From Yuukianura sp. NJ FZ-2021 (taxonomy: Eukaryota), in contig CM102286.1 in the NCBI GenBank assembly GCA_046563655.1, positions 2,480,001 through 2,544,000 on the forward strand: a stretch of DNA of 64,000 nt, in the 5' to 3' direction. Both the position numbers and the translations under genes were made by a program. Below are positions 12,701 through 24,700 of the stretch, piece after piece (the first letter of the stretch is position 1; each line of letters starts with the position of its first letter). The notes beneath the pieces are model-generated. The model was not told the DNA's origin. It saw only the letters and a program-made list of their open reading frames with translations, and searched no databases.

Positions 12701-15700
12701 GATTGCACAAAGGAGCTCAGGTTAGGAAGGTGGAGGCGGTAAAATAGGTATACATTTTGTATGATGGAGGCTATAGTAACGACCGCATTTAATGTTTTAT
12801 GCATCGACACTTAACTGTGTCATTTCAATTTTGCTCTTAATGGTAGTCACACAGTCTAGAATAGTGTTTTGGTCAAACAGAAGGTTGTAAATGCCAGTTC
12901 CAGCAGCTCAGAACCAATCATGGTCCGTATGACCTCTGATTGGTCCAAGGTCATATGGTCCACAACGTACAGATTTTGAATAATTAAATTTTGAACCAGC
13001 AGTTTCCCTCCGCTTTTTTTTTTTTGCTAAAATTACAAATTAAATGTTGTAAATGCAACATTTTTTGCTACACAATTAGTCCAACATCGAATTTTTTTTT
13101 TCAGACAAAAACCTAGTCACTGTAGTTAGATTATAGGTAGGCTAACACGAATTTTGTATTTAATGGAAGTCTTTCCCTTTTGAAGTTTTTATGCCTTTGT
13201 GTTTGAAAAACATTGTTGAATTCCTGTGAACAAAATTAATGAGTTCTTGAAGCACGAAGATACAATACAAATGACGTAATTATTGTTAAATTATTTTGCA
13301 AAAACAAACTCGGCAGTGCCTTTATGAGAAAATGAGACATAATTGTCCTTAATTTTTGACTAGCTTTTGCTAGTGTCAGCAGTTACATCTAAACATCTTT
13401 GTATAAATTAATTAGAAGTTTTGAGGAAATTGGACTGGGGTAGTCAACTTTTGCTAAAAAGTCTGTAATTACTAACATCCCAATTATAAGTTTGCAACAC
13501 CCCAGGAAATCATTAGGACTCATTTTGTTCTCGGTTTCAAAGTGTCACGAGTCGGCACAAACAACAGTCATCTTCTGTCCCTTAAGAACTTCAAAATTAC
13601 CTCGTCAAGATGCCAACACTTTCCAGATACAGTGGAGTCCTTAATTAAAAGAGTTACGACTTGTGCTTACGACTTGTCCTCAAAACGTCTATTCCAAGAG
13701 TTACCGTAAAATCACAACTAGACACCCCAGGGTTCCAATTTTCCCTGAATAAGTTGAGGGAATGCAAAGTTAACAGACCTGCCAAAAACATTTACTAAAA
13801 ACTAGCCAAATATTTAAATAAATACAATATTTACTAAAATATTTCCGTAAATTTTCTAATAATTTGAAACTTCCCGTCAAGTTTTCGAGGTCACAATACT
13901 TTACTATGTACTGTAACGCTTGATGCCTAATGTTTGGTAAAGAGTTGTATTTTTTTTTCAAAATATGAGTCTATCATTTTTTGAAAATTTACGGTACTCC
14001 AGAACAAAATGTAGTATTTGGCACTGGCGAAGATCCTTCCGCTCGCATTCACCCGTTGGGCTTCAATTTTAGTTTTATGCATTTTTTGAACAAAAAGAAG
14101 CGTATTTGAAAGGAAAGCCATCAACGCCACTCGAAGATTACTTCTGAGACTCCGCAGTTCTTATGTTGGGACACTTTCGCATCTTCCTTGAATTCCACTC
14201 ACAGGCTTTTGTACGAGTCAAATGAAGATGGATGAGTCAAATCAATCGACAAAACGCCTCTCAAATTGCTCTGCCGCAATTTCCGCTACCAACTGATCCG
14301 AAAAAACGAAGTGTCAATATGTGTGACTTATCCGGAGTTTCAATTTATTTTCGTCGTAAACATTTCCTTTACAGTGTTCATTTTCACTTTTCATCTTAAG
14401 CCAAGTTCTCACAAAACATTCAATTTCATTCACGCCATCATGCATTCCAGTATATCCTAAAAACTTACAAAATCCACTCACTCTTGCATTCACCTTTTCA
14501 CGCTTCAGGCAAACTTCATTCATAACAAAGGAGGTGACTTAATTATGAGGATTTTTTAAATCAGGAAAACCGGTTTTCAAAAAATAGGTGAAAGACAAAA
14601 GGGAAATGGCAAAAACAAAATTCACACGCTCAAAACTACACGCACGCATAAGAGTTTGTAACAAGAAACACGAACAGGCAAGGTTTGTGATGACGTCCAA
14701 TTGAGTGGTGACTAGATAAGACTTGTCATCTTCGCAGAGAGTACGAAAAAGTGCGGGCGGGAGGTCAGAGGGCATTGACCTTTTAGCAAAATTTGTAGAG
14801 GTCATTGACTTTTGTAGCTTTTAGTAGCCGCCTTTAGTTGGTTCTGCCCAGCCCTTGACTGGTTCTGCCCATCCTTGAGGTTCTACCCAACCCTGCTTCC
14901 AGCCGTACAGTTTGTTGTACAAAATTGGTCCAAAAATTCCGCCTGCGGCGACGCCTGTCAGGAAAGCTAAACTGGCTGGGTCAACACCACGTTTTGTTCT
15001 GGCCAATCCTTAAAAATATTTAGGATAGTTTTGAATGTTCAAAATTTTGTCATCCTCGAAATTTTCATTTCGAAAAGAAAACTGCAAAGTACCTTGCAAT
15101 TGTTCCTCTACATTTCCATAGTTGGCGTATTCCGGAGCGTAATAATAGCCTGAAATATGACAATTTTTTTTTCAAAATTAGGTAATTCAAACACAATATT
15201 ATTTTTAAAAAAAAATTCAAAAACCCGAATAGTTTGTATTTTACCTGTATCCGACAAAACGGCAGCAGACAAAGAGACTACAAGAATTGCAACTAGTGTA
15301 ATAGACTTCATTTTTACTTTGAATTTACAAGTTTATGATTTTTGAAACTTATTTTTTGAAACGACGCTTTGTGCAGCCAAAATTGAAATATGTTAAAATC
15401 GATGGATACTAAACGATTTTTATACTTTTTCTGATGCAAAATGAATCTGACCTGTTGGGGTTTCTGAACTTTTGTTATTTGCATTTCCCACTCCTAAATT
15501 CTTACTCAACACATCACAAAAATGATGTGCGTTTTCGTTTAAAGGCGTGTTTACTATCATCTACATTATAAATTATGAGTCAACTGCGTAAAATTTTTTC
15601 TTCCGGTTCTCCCACTCTTCTACACTTTTTGTTACACAATACAAAACATTGGGCAATCCCAGCATATATGCCTTCATTCGCTCCTTCATTTCCATAAAAA

Positions 15701-18700
15701 TAACCAAAAATTTATGGGTTACCCAGTTAAAAAACTTCCTTCCGGAAATTATGAAACTCTTTTTTGCTTGACTTATTAGTGACATCTTCCCTATGACCCC
15801 TCGCGTGATCTTTCACTTTCTCATCATCATTCATTTTTTTACACACACTTCACACTACACGCCTCTTGGTTAGGTTTCCGCCAAGTCACAAGTTATGTCT
15901 AAGGTCATAAGTTGTAACAAAAAACACAAAACCCACTTAAATCTACTCACGCGAGGAAGACAAAGAGCCCAAGCGACACAAACCCCACATAGTTTAGGGG
16001 TCTCAAATCCGTGAGACTTTCAGAAATTCGGATTTCGGATTTATCCGGATTTTTGGTTACCAAATCCGGACTTCTGAATCACATAGAAACCTCCACAATA
16101 AAATGATTTTGGATTTTTTAAAAGCAATTTTTTTTTGTAGAAATTCTTGTTTTTTTCTAAAAGATGAACATTTCGGTAGATCGAAGTTTAAAAAAATTTT
16201 CAGTACTGCTAATGCCATGAAGTGAAAATTAAAATTTGGTGAATGCCCTCAACTGTAAAGTAAAATTCAGAATCAGATTTTTTTTATTTTTCAAATCCGG
16301 ATGTTGGTGGATTCGGATTACACCAAATTACGAATAAATCCGGTTCAAAAATCCGGATTCACACCGCTACCATGGTTACTCTCTGCAAATCCATTTCCTG
16401 CTGCCATAGTAGTTTCCAACCCAAAATGACTTGAGATTTGGAACAATTGAGACTTGAGCGTTAGGCGGAAACTTGTGGGTGCCCTGCTGGAAGTGACAGG
16501 CGTTACAACTTTTCCAGGACAAACATTCCAGAAAGTTATCCAGAAGCTGATTTTGGAAGGACAGGAGACAGGCAGTGGTCATTTGACGGTTCGGTGACTA
16601 CAAAAGGTTATGCTCAGGCTGGTAGATGATGATGCTGCTCAGGTTAAGTAGTAAACTTCCACCATTTAGATTTAAAGGATGTCCATAACCATAAGTTAAA
16701 TCTCTAACCAAAAACTTAACCTAAATGTTAGTCTCATTCCCACTTTACTTTTCGTTTCAAATCGTCGCGTTTCTGGTTTTGGTTTGTGTGTTTTGACTTT
16801 TTTAACTGCTGGCGCGGAACTGCGGTTTTAATCGCGTGGTTTGCTGAAAAAAAAAGTGAAAAAAAAAACTGAAAATAAGTTTAGGTCAGTAAAAAAAATT
16901 TTATATAAAAAATGATATTTTTTTTGAAAGTCTGAACATTATTAATGCATCTCAGTTGGCAAACGAGTGGGCGAGTCGTGAGTTGTGGTCAACAACTAAA
17001 AAGTGTCAGACAAAGCGTCACTTTTAGTGCTACAGTTTCACTATTAACCTCTACCTAACCTTATAATAGGAACATAACTTGGTTTAATTGACATGTGAAA
17101 ACTTTTTGAAATCATTTTTCGAGATAAATTCTTTTTGGAACTTTGATTTTCGAAATTCTGTAAAGTGAAAGTGTCTTTGAGTCTGGTTGATTTGATTTTT
17201 AGGTTTTACTTTCACTTTTACTTTGAAACTCGACAACAAAAGAACTCCAATAGTAGCAGTCACATACTGCTCCATTTGGTGTAGGTTCAAGTGGGAGGAA
17301 AAGGCTCCGTTTGAACTTCAAACATTCGAAGAATCGCATTACTTTTTGCTGAATTCGCGTTTTTCACTTCCACTTCCAATTTAGTCTTCATTTAAAGTTT
17401 TTGGACCCATTTTGAGACTACTGTGAAGTTCCAAAAAAGAGTTAAACTGGGCCAACAATTTCTATCAAATTTTTACATTTATTATGTTAAGCCTAAAAGT
17501 TTTTTTTTAATTTTGAAGATTTTAAAAAAGAAGTGAACAATTTTGTTTTTTCAAATTATTGACTTTTCGGCATACGTTTTGATAAAATTTTGATTATGAA
17601 ACGTTAAGCCTTATAGTTTTTTGAGCAGATGAAAAACATGAAACTTTTTTGTTTTTGTTTTGAAAACGAATCAAAAAGAAGTTCGAAAGTTCATTTTCCA
17701 ATACGGTTGATTTCTGGTAGTTTCCTTTACACTACATTACGTTTTTAATTAAAAACTTTTTTTGAAAAACCATTTCAGAAAATGTAAACATATGGAATTT
17801 TCTCATTACTACTAATTGTCTCCCACCACTCTACTTTCTCCAATCTACTATCCTCCCTATGCCTTTCACTTTTTAGTCAACAACGTAACTGTTTGGTTAC
17901 ACATTTCGCAGTAAGTTTCATTTTCAAGCAGTTTGGTATTCCAACTTCCAACGAAAATGTAAACCTACGAATTTTGTTCCAATTCAACAATTCAAAACAA
18001 GAAACCCTAAAAATTATCTGCTCTGGTTAACATTAATTACAGTTTTTTGTTATAGATTAATTAAAATGAATTTAAATTTTTAATTAGTTGCCATTTCCAT
18101 GTTAGTCTTATGATGAATGCGTGAAATTTTTCGGTACAGTGGAAAATCGGCGACAGATTTCGCTGAATTTTAGAACTTTGTTTAACCAATGTGTTTCAAA
18201 ATTGAAATGAAATTGAAATGTTGTTGTTTTTCGGTGAAAAGCACACTTTCGTTTTCTGCATGACAAGTTCTAATTTTCTAGAGTCTGTTCAACACAAGTG
18301 AGGCTTTTTCCATTGTTTAACTTTCTGGTTGGAAAGTTTTTGTTTTCATATGTGAATTTTCCGTTTTTGTAATATTCATGGCCTCGTCGCCCCTTCAAAC
18401 AGAATCCATTGTGATTGTTTCCGCGTCCACTGAATTTGAATTGGTTTCAAAACCTTTTCAAATTAAATGCTCCCGCTTCCAAGTACGTCCTCCGGCAGGT
18501 CAAAAGCTCAAACTTCTATAGAAGCCAATTCAAATAGAGTTTCAAAGTCCAAGGCCCGTAGGCCGGGGGGACTAGAGCTCCGGCTCTATCCTACTAACAC
18601 CTTGGACGGGCGCGGGTTCGAGTCCCGGCGTCGCCAACACGAAAGTCGTTTTCCAGAAATGGTTTTTCCACTTTCCTAGCCCAGATGGGGTGTTCGGATG

Positions 18701-21700
18701 ATAGGTCAGTTTGGGGGGTTATGGGTGCGTGTGAAGAGGTCAGTAGTTGCTGTTGTGGAGGGGGGTCGTGGGCCGGTATGCGTACGATGCTGTTCCTGTC
18801 ACTTGCCTGGAGCTGTGATATGTGGTAGGGCCCTAGCCCGTTCAGCTCTAGCAGAAAGCCTTTCGTCCTTCCCTCAGAACTTCTCGCCAACTATCTGACT
18901 GTACCACCGCCCCACCTCATAGGACCTCAACCCAACCCAGAAATTCCCTACCCTTGTTGATAAAGCTAAATGCTAATGTCAATTAACTCTCCAAAAAAAA
19001 AAAATAGAGTTTCAAAATTTCAACACCTCAAAGGCTAAACAAATGTTTAGAAAGCTAGAGGATCAATGCGGAAAATTCATAGAAATAATAATGGTGTAGC
19101 AAACGATTTAATAAGCTTTTGTTCTGGAACAGAAATTTGGAAAAGGATTTTGGAAAAGTGACTTTTTTGGAGTTTGTTTTTTAAAAAAAAAAAGGAAGTT
19201 GCGAAGTGGTGAGAATTTAATTGTGACGGGATAATAACGAGCTTTGGAATTGGAAAATAAATAAGACTGGATATACCTTACGTTAAATAGGTTTAGATTA
19301 GGTTTAGCTATTACATTGCAGATGTGTGGGTTCTCAGCGTGAATTTATGTGTCGACACTTTGTGTCGGTTCTTTTCAATTCCCTTGGCGTTATTCCCCAA
19401 TCCACGTTTGTAAGCTATTCCTACGCCTTTCTGCTTTCCGCCTTTGCAGTAGTGATGATGATGAGTAATTCATGGGAAAAGTTTTTCAAAAAAAAAACTT
19501 ATTCCCTATGAATAACGTAAAACAACGTTAGAAAAGTTACAGTTTTCGAAAACACCGGAATTTAGAACTTTCGTGTCCTCAACCGATGTCACCGATAACG
19601 ATAACCTCAACTAACAAAGATTTGTGTATCTATACAAACCACTTGAGACTTTTAGCGCAACAAAAAGTTGGACAGAAAGCATGCCATTTTCAATTCAATT
19701 GTATCAACTCCAATTCTATCAACCGAATTATGACAACTGCAACTATATCAAATTCCCTTGAATCAACGGAATTATGTCGACTACAACTATGTCAACTACC
19801 ATTGCATCAACTGACGTATATCAACTACAATTGTACAACTGTGTCAACAGAAAATTGTATCAACCTGCATAAAGCTTTTTTGAACTTAAGATTGACATAA
19901 GTAGCCATTGACACAGTTGAGGGTTGAGGAATTTCCATTTGGCACACTTTCATTTGATCCAACGGCAGTTGATACAATTCGATACAATTCTAGTTGATAT
20001 AATTCACTTGATCCAATGGCAGTTGATACAGTTCAATTGACACAACTGCATGGAACCGTTGTAGTCTTTTGAAAAACGATTGACCTGAACATGTGAAGTG
20101 CTTTGCATGTAAAACTTTCGTAGCAAATTAAGCAAATTCTCGCACTTTTTTTGGCACGAAAAATGATATGATAAACAAAGTGTGCATTAATTAAAGTCAA
20201 CATTAAAATTGCACAAAGTACTAGAGATGTAATAAAGTTTACTTAAATTATGAGATGCTGTGGACCATCTTTCACTTTTGAGTGTTCAAGGAACACGGAT
20301 CTCGGCGGGAAATATTTCAAAGTTCAAAGTGAAACTCATTCGCAGTTTCTTTGTCTTGCAGCTTGTTTGTGTCACTTCGTTGAATTGATGTTCGTAGATC
20401 CTTGCTTATTAAAAGATAATAGTAGTACGTCCATTTTCATAAAGCTTTTGAATTTTGGCGCTTTTAGTTTCTATTGTTAGGTTATTGTTTCACCCACGTC
20501 AGCAGAGTGTTTAATAATATAATAGTTGAGTGTTGAAGGATAGATTCATTCCAGGAAGAATTGGATTCTGGAAGGGAAAGTATGGAATTGGTAGCAGATT
20601 TTAATCCAATTTCTGCAGGTTCAGTGTGTATACTTAAGTGAAAATGAAAGGGAGATCTGTCGTCCTTTTAGGTTTTCCTATTGATTTTTATGCCCATCTA
20701 ACCTTAGCCTGTGCTTTCTCACTTTCTCTTTCATTAGGTTTTGTTGCCTGTGGTGTTTTGGCGCGGAGCTTTTTTGAAAATGTCGCTTCAAAACAGCAGT
20801 GATCAAACAGTTTTTTATGCTCCACTCAGCACTCTGCTCCGGAATCGTTCAAAGACATTAGAGGATCAAACGCTCTCAGCTTAAAAATAAGCATCAACAG
20901 ATTTTATCAGCAGGTTTTTGAAATTTCCGCGACGCATAACGCTCGTTTGGCGCGTCATTACATAAAAAAGAGCACTAAAATTCAAAAAACTCCAGTTTCC
21001 CTTTCACTTTCACTCAACTTTTTATTCCATATTTTCATATTTCAGAATCTCGAAGGGAAATTGAATATGCGGGAGCAGTCAATACTTCCCTGGAGGGTCA
21101 AAGATACTTGGAAGATCATCCGAATCTGCGATGGAGAGATGACATCATCTCAGGAGGTGGAGCTGGAGGCGGAGTTTCAGATTCAGCCAATCAGGGACCG
21201 ATTTATGCAAAACAGTCAGATGGAATACTTCCGGATCCTGCAACGTACGACAGCCAAGTCAAATATGGGCGGCAGTATTCAGATGCCGAAGTAGTTTCAG
21301 CTAATATGCCGTACCCTTCAAGTCACTCTGTAAGAAAACATGGTGGGGTACCCTACGGTGGTCCCTTAAGGGCCCCCACTGGCCCACTTTGGCCTAACTA
21401 TGATGATCCCAACATTGGAGGAGTCCGTGGTGAGCAGGGAATAGAAGTAGATGACTTTGGAGGTGGGGGTGGGGCGGACGAAATGAGAAATGGGTGGGGC
21501 CGAGCCAAGCGTCACGTGGGGCCACACGACGGAGATGGGATTCAGCGCCTAATTTCAACCGGTAATCAACTTTGAAGCCATATCTTGTTCCCCTCAAAAT
21601 TGAAAATTGAAAGTAATGAAAGTTGATTGAAAAAACTTGAAATTGATGAAGATGGATGAAAGATGGAGAGAGTAATTTCGTCCATTTTGATTGTTTTCGT

Positions 21701-24700
21701 GTTTTCTTTTCTGAAATTGGTTTTGATTTTGACATTTTATGTGAACCTAAACAATAGGGACGCTTGCCAAGCCACTTTGGGGAGAAGATGGAATTGATTT
21801 TGTTTTTGCGACGTACTGGTTCTACCCTGCCAAAACCCAACTAATTTTACCCAAAACCAAAAAATGTATTGAAGAGAAGATGATGTTGGAAGGAAGACGT
21901 TTTGAAGAATCAAGTAAGTACTGGACACATTTTTTACAAGAAAAAAAAATTTTTTTTTTCGAAAAAGTCGAATTTGGACAAAACGCTTTGCCCAAGACCA
22001 AAGTTGGCCTACAAACCTTTGAAAAGCAAAGGAATAGAAAGAGGGCATTTGGTTCAATCCATTTACTTCCACTGGATACCTTCTGCATAAAAGTGTTTTA
22101 CGCTCCATTTACTTTACAACTTTCAAATAAACGACTGAACTCCCATTACCTTCGCAAACTTCTTCTTAAACAAAAATTCGATCAAAAACAAAACAACAAT
22201 TTTCTGATTCTAGGAAACTTTGTTTTTGAAATTGAACTAAACTTCTGCTAAAAAAGGGAACCAAATTTACTATTACTGCTTTCGCGTTCGCTTCATACTT
22301 TCACAATCGCAAAAACATAAATTTTAACTTGATTTTATGAAAATGTAAAACAGTAAAAAAAAACTTGAGTAAGAAAAATGGAAGTTTTTGGAAAAGAAGT
22401 TTTTCTTTTCTTGTGGGAATTGAAATATGGTCGTATGCAGAGTTTGTTCATCAACTATTGACATTATTATAAACTTAAACTTTTTTAAAAAAGAAAAAAC
22501 ATCACAAAGTTTTTTGAAAAATGGCAGATGCCAGATAAAAAAAATTGTTTTTGTTTTATGATTTGAGTTTCGAATTGCACAGTTTGGAAGAGTTTTCCGC
22601 CATTTGAGACTCGTATGCAGCTTTTCATAAATTTTTAGAAACAAGATAGCAACTTAAAAAAAATAACACGTGATTTATAAAATTGTGTTTTTCAAAAACT
22701 GTTGTTTGAATGAAATATTATTTGGCACTGTCTTGTAAAAAAAAATACTTTTAAAGGATTTTTTTTTGAATCACAAATAAAACATATTTGGAAAACGTCA
22801 CAATTCTTGAACATTTTTTTTTGTAAAAATTGAGAGGTCGTGATTCTTTTTCTGAGAAAAAACTCAAAATTTATGCTCAAATTTTTGGTAAGATTTTTTA
22901 TGACCTTTATTTTCTTTTAAAACTTTTATGTTTTTTAAACCGGGCTGTTAGTATTCCGCCTTGGTGTGTGGCATTTAAACTTTGCGCCAAAAAAGTGATG
23001 AGCGAACCGGCGGGAGTAACTATGTCGTAAAACAATATTGCGCAATTTTTCTTTTCGTATTCAAACGCCCAACTGTGAAAACTGAACTTTTCTTTCCTTT
23101 TTTCCTTCCTGGAAATAAACGGCTGGAGCCGTTTCTTTAATTTTAGGAATTTTTAAAACTTTCTTAACCAAATTTTGAATTTTCCAAAAGAAAAAAAAAT
23201 TCCGTTTTCATGGAAAGTTTAAGTGAAAATCTGATTTTGGAAAACACGAGAATCCTTTTATCTTTGTTAAAATAATAAACATAAGCGCCCCTGGAACTTT
23301 TTCATTTAACGCAAAATGTTTCTGTCTCCGTTTGTTCATTTCACCCACTCCGCATTTCTTTTCCTAAAACTTTTTCATAAGTTTTTCCAAAAAAAAAGCT
23401 GAAATAAAAACCGAAATTTTGCTGACCCATTCTTGGATACTTCTTTTGTCGGTCCTCATTACGCTAAAGAAAGAAGAAAATGAAGCTGTGAGGCAGAATT
23501 TTTGTCGTTTCCTCATTTTTTTTTCTGTCCCGGTTTTCTGTAATTTCTTTCTTAACTTGTTCTCAGTTTCATTTATTTGAGTGTCTCTAGTTTTCAATGA
23601 AACGAAAACAATAGAATATCAAGAATTGAATTTTGTAAGAATCCTGAAATTGAACTGCCAAAACTTGGGCGAGATTGCATAAGACGTTTCTGTTTTCATT
23701 TTTTCTCAAAACTAGTGTTAATGTTATCAGATCCTAACTAGAAGTCTCAGAAGCAAACCAATTTCAGATTTCAGAAACAGATTATTTTTTTTACATACAA
23801 TTTGGACTACATTTTTCCGTTTTTCAAAAAAAATATTAAATGAATGAACCGAAAATTGAACTTCACTTGCCCAAAACAGTATATTTCTCCGCAATAATTT
23901 GGCCCGATAAGAAAATAGGAACAGAAAATTATGGTGGTAAAATTTTCTCTTTTTGGTTTTCCACAAAAATTTATTTCAGCTTATAAATTTCAAAAGTAAG
24001 TTTCAAAATTCCTTCCAAATTTGATACTTCGGTAGTTGTTACCTAGAGTTATTGCATAACTCCCGTGCCTATGAACACTTCAAAACTGAACAAAGAAGAA
24101 TTTTGAACAGATTTTCATTTTAGTAAACAGCCATAGATGATTATCCAACGACTGGAATTTGATATTTTTCAAAAAAGTCAATTTATGGCTTGGTATCCTT
24201 AACCTTAGGGTCAGACTATCAGCTAAGGTTAAGTTTTGGGTTTCCTAAACCTTTTTAACCATTGAAACTGGTTGCTCAAAGTAGTTTTATTGTCTAGTCA
24301 AGATGAAAGCATAAAGTGAAAGCACTATTTGCTTTCATCGCTCCAAGCAACCACCGCCACCGCCAAAAAGTGTCTCAGTCCTTACAGTTATTTCTTTGAA
24401 GCTTTCGCTTTAGAAATGGTTGTGGTGGCTCGAATTCCAAGATTACTTTTCCTGGATCTGAATTAATTTCCTCCAGTTTCTCATTCCGGAGGGAGTAACT
24501 ACGATGGTTACTATGGTAACCACTGAAATTGGAACATCTTCTGCTGGGTGATGGTGAGACGACAGTAGACGGAGTAAAGTAGCTGGAAGACAGTCTAGTC
24601 ATTCCTATTACAACGGAATCCGTTTACATTAAAATTCATTAGATCTCTGACACTTTCTACTTTCTGTGTCACTTCATTTAATAAAGTAAGTGGAGCTGGG

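Noticed and set aside
13927..14300. Protein-like minus-strand frame (DQLVAEIAAEQFERRF..ELRSLRSNLRVALMAF) as a pseudogene
   Set aside because: Multiple stops and no recognisable family, so it cannot be supported without a search.
14821..14905. Canonical MIP/allatostatin-B or APGWamide precursor
   Set aside because: The GW repeats are not followed by G-K/R amidation and cleavage signals and are not separated by dibasic sites.
18547..18636. Functional tRNA gene
   Set aside because: Only the T-arm/B-box is well formed. It continues into a long body, A-tail and TSD, so it is a SINE head.
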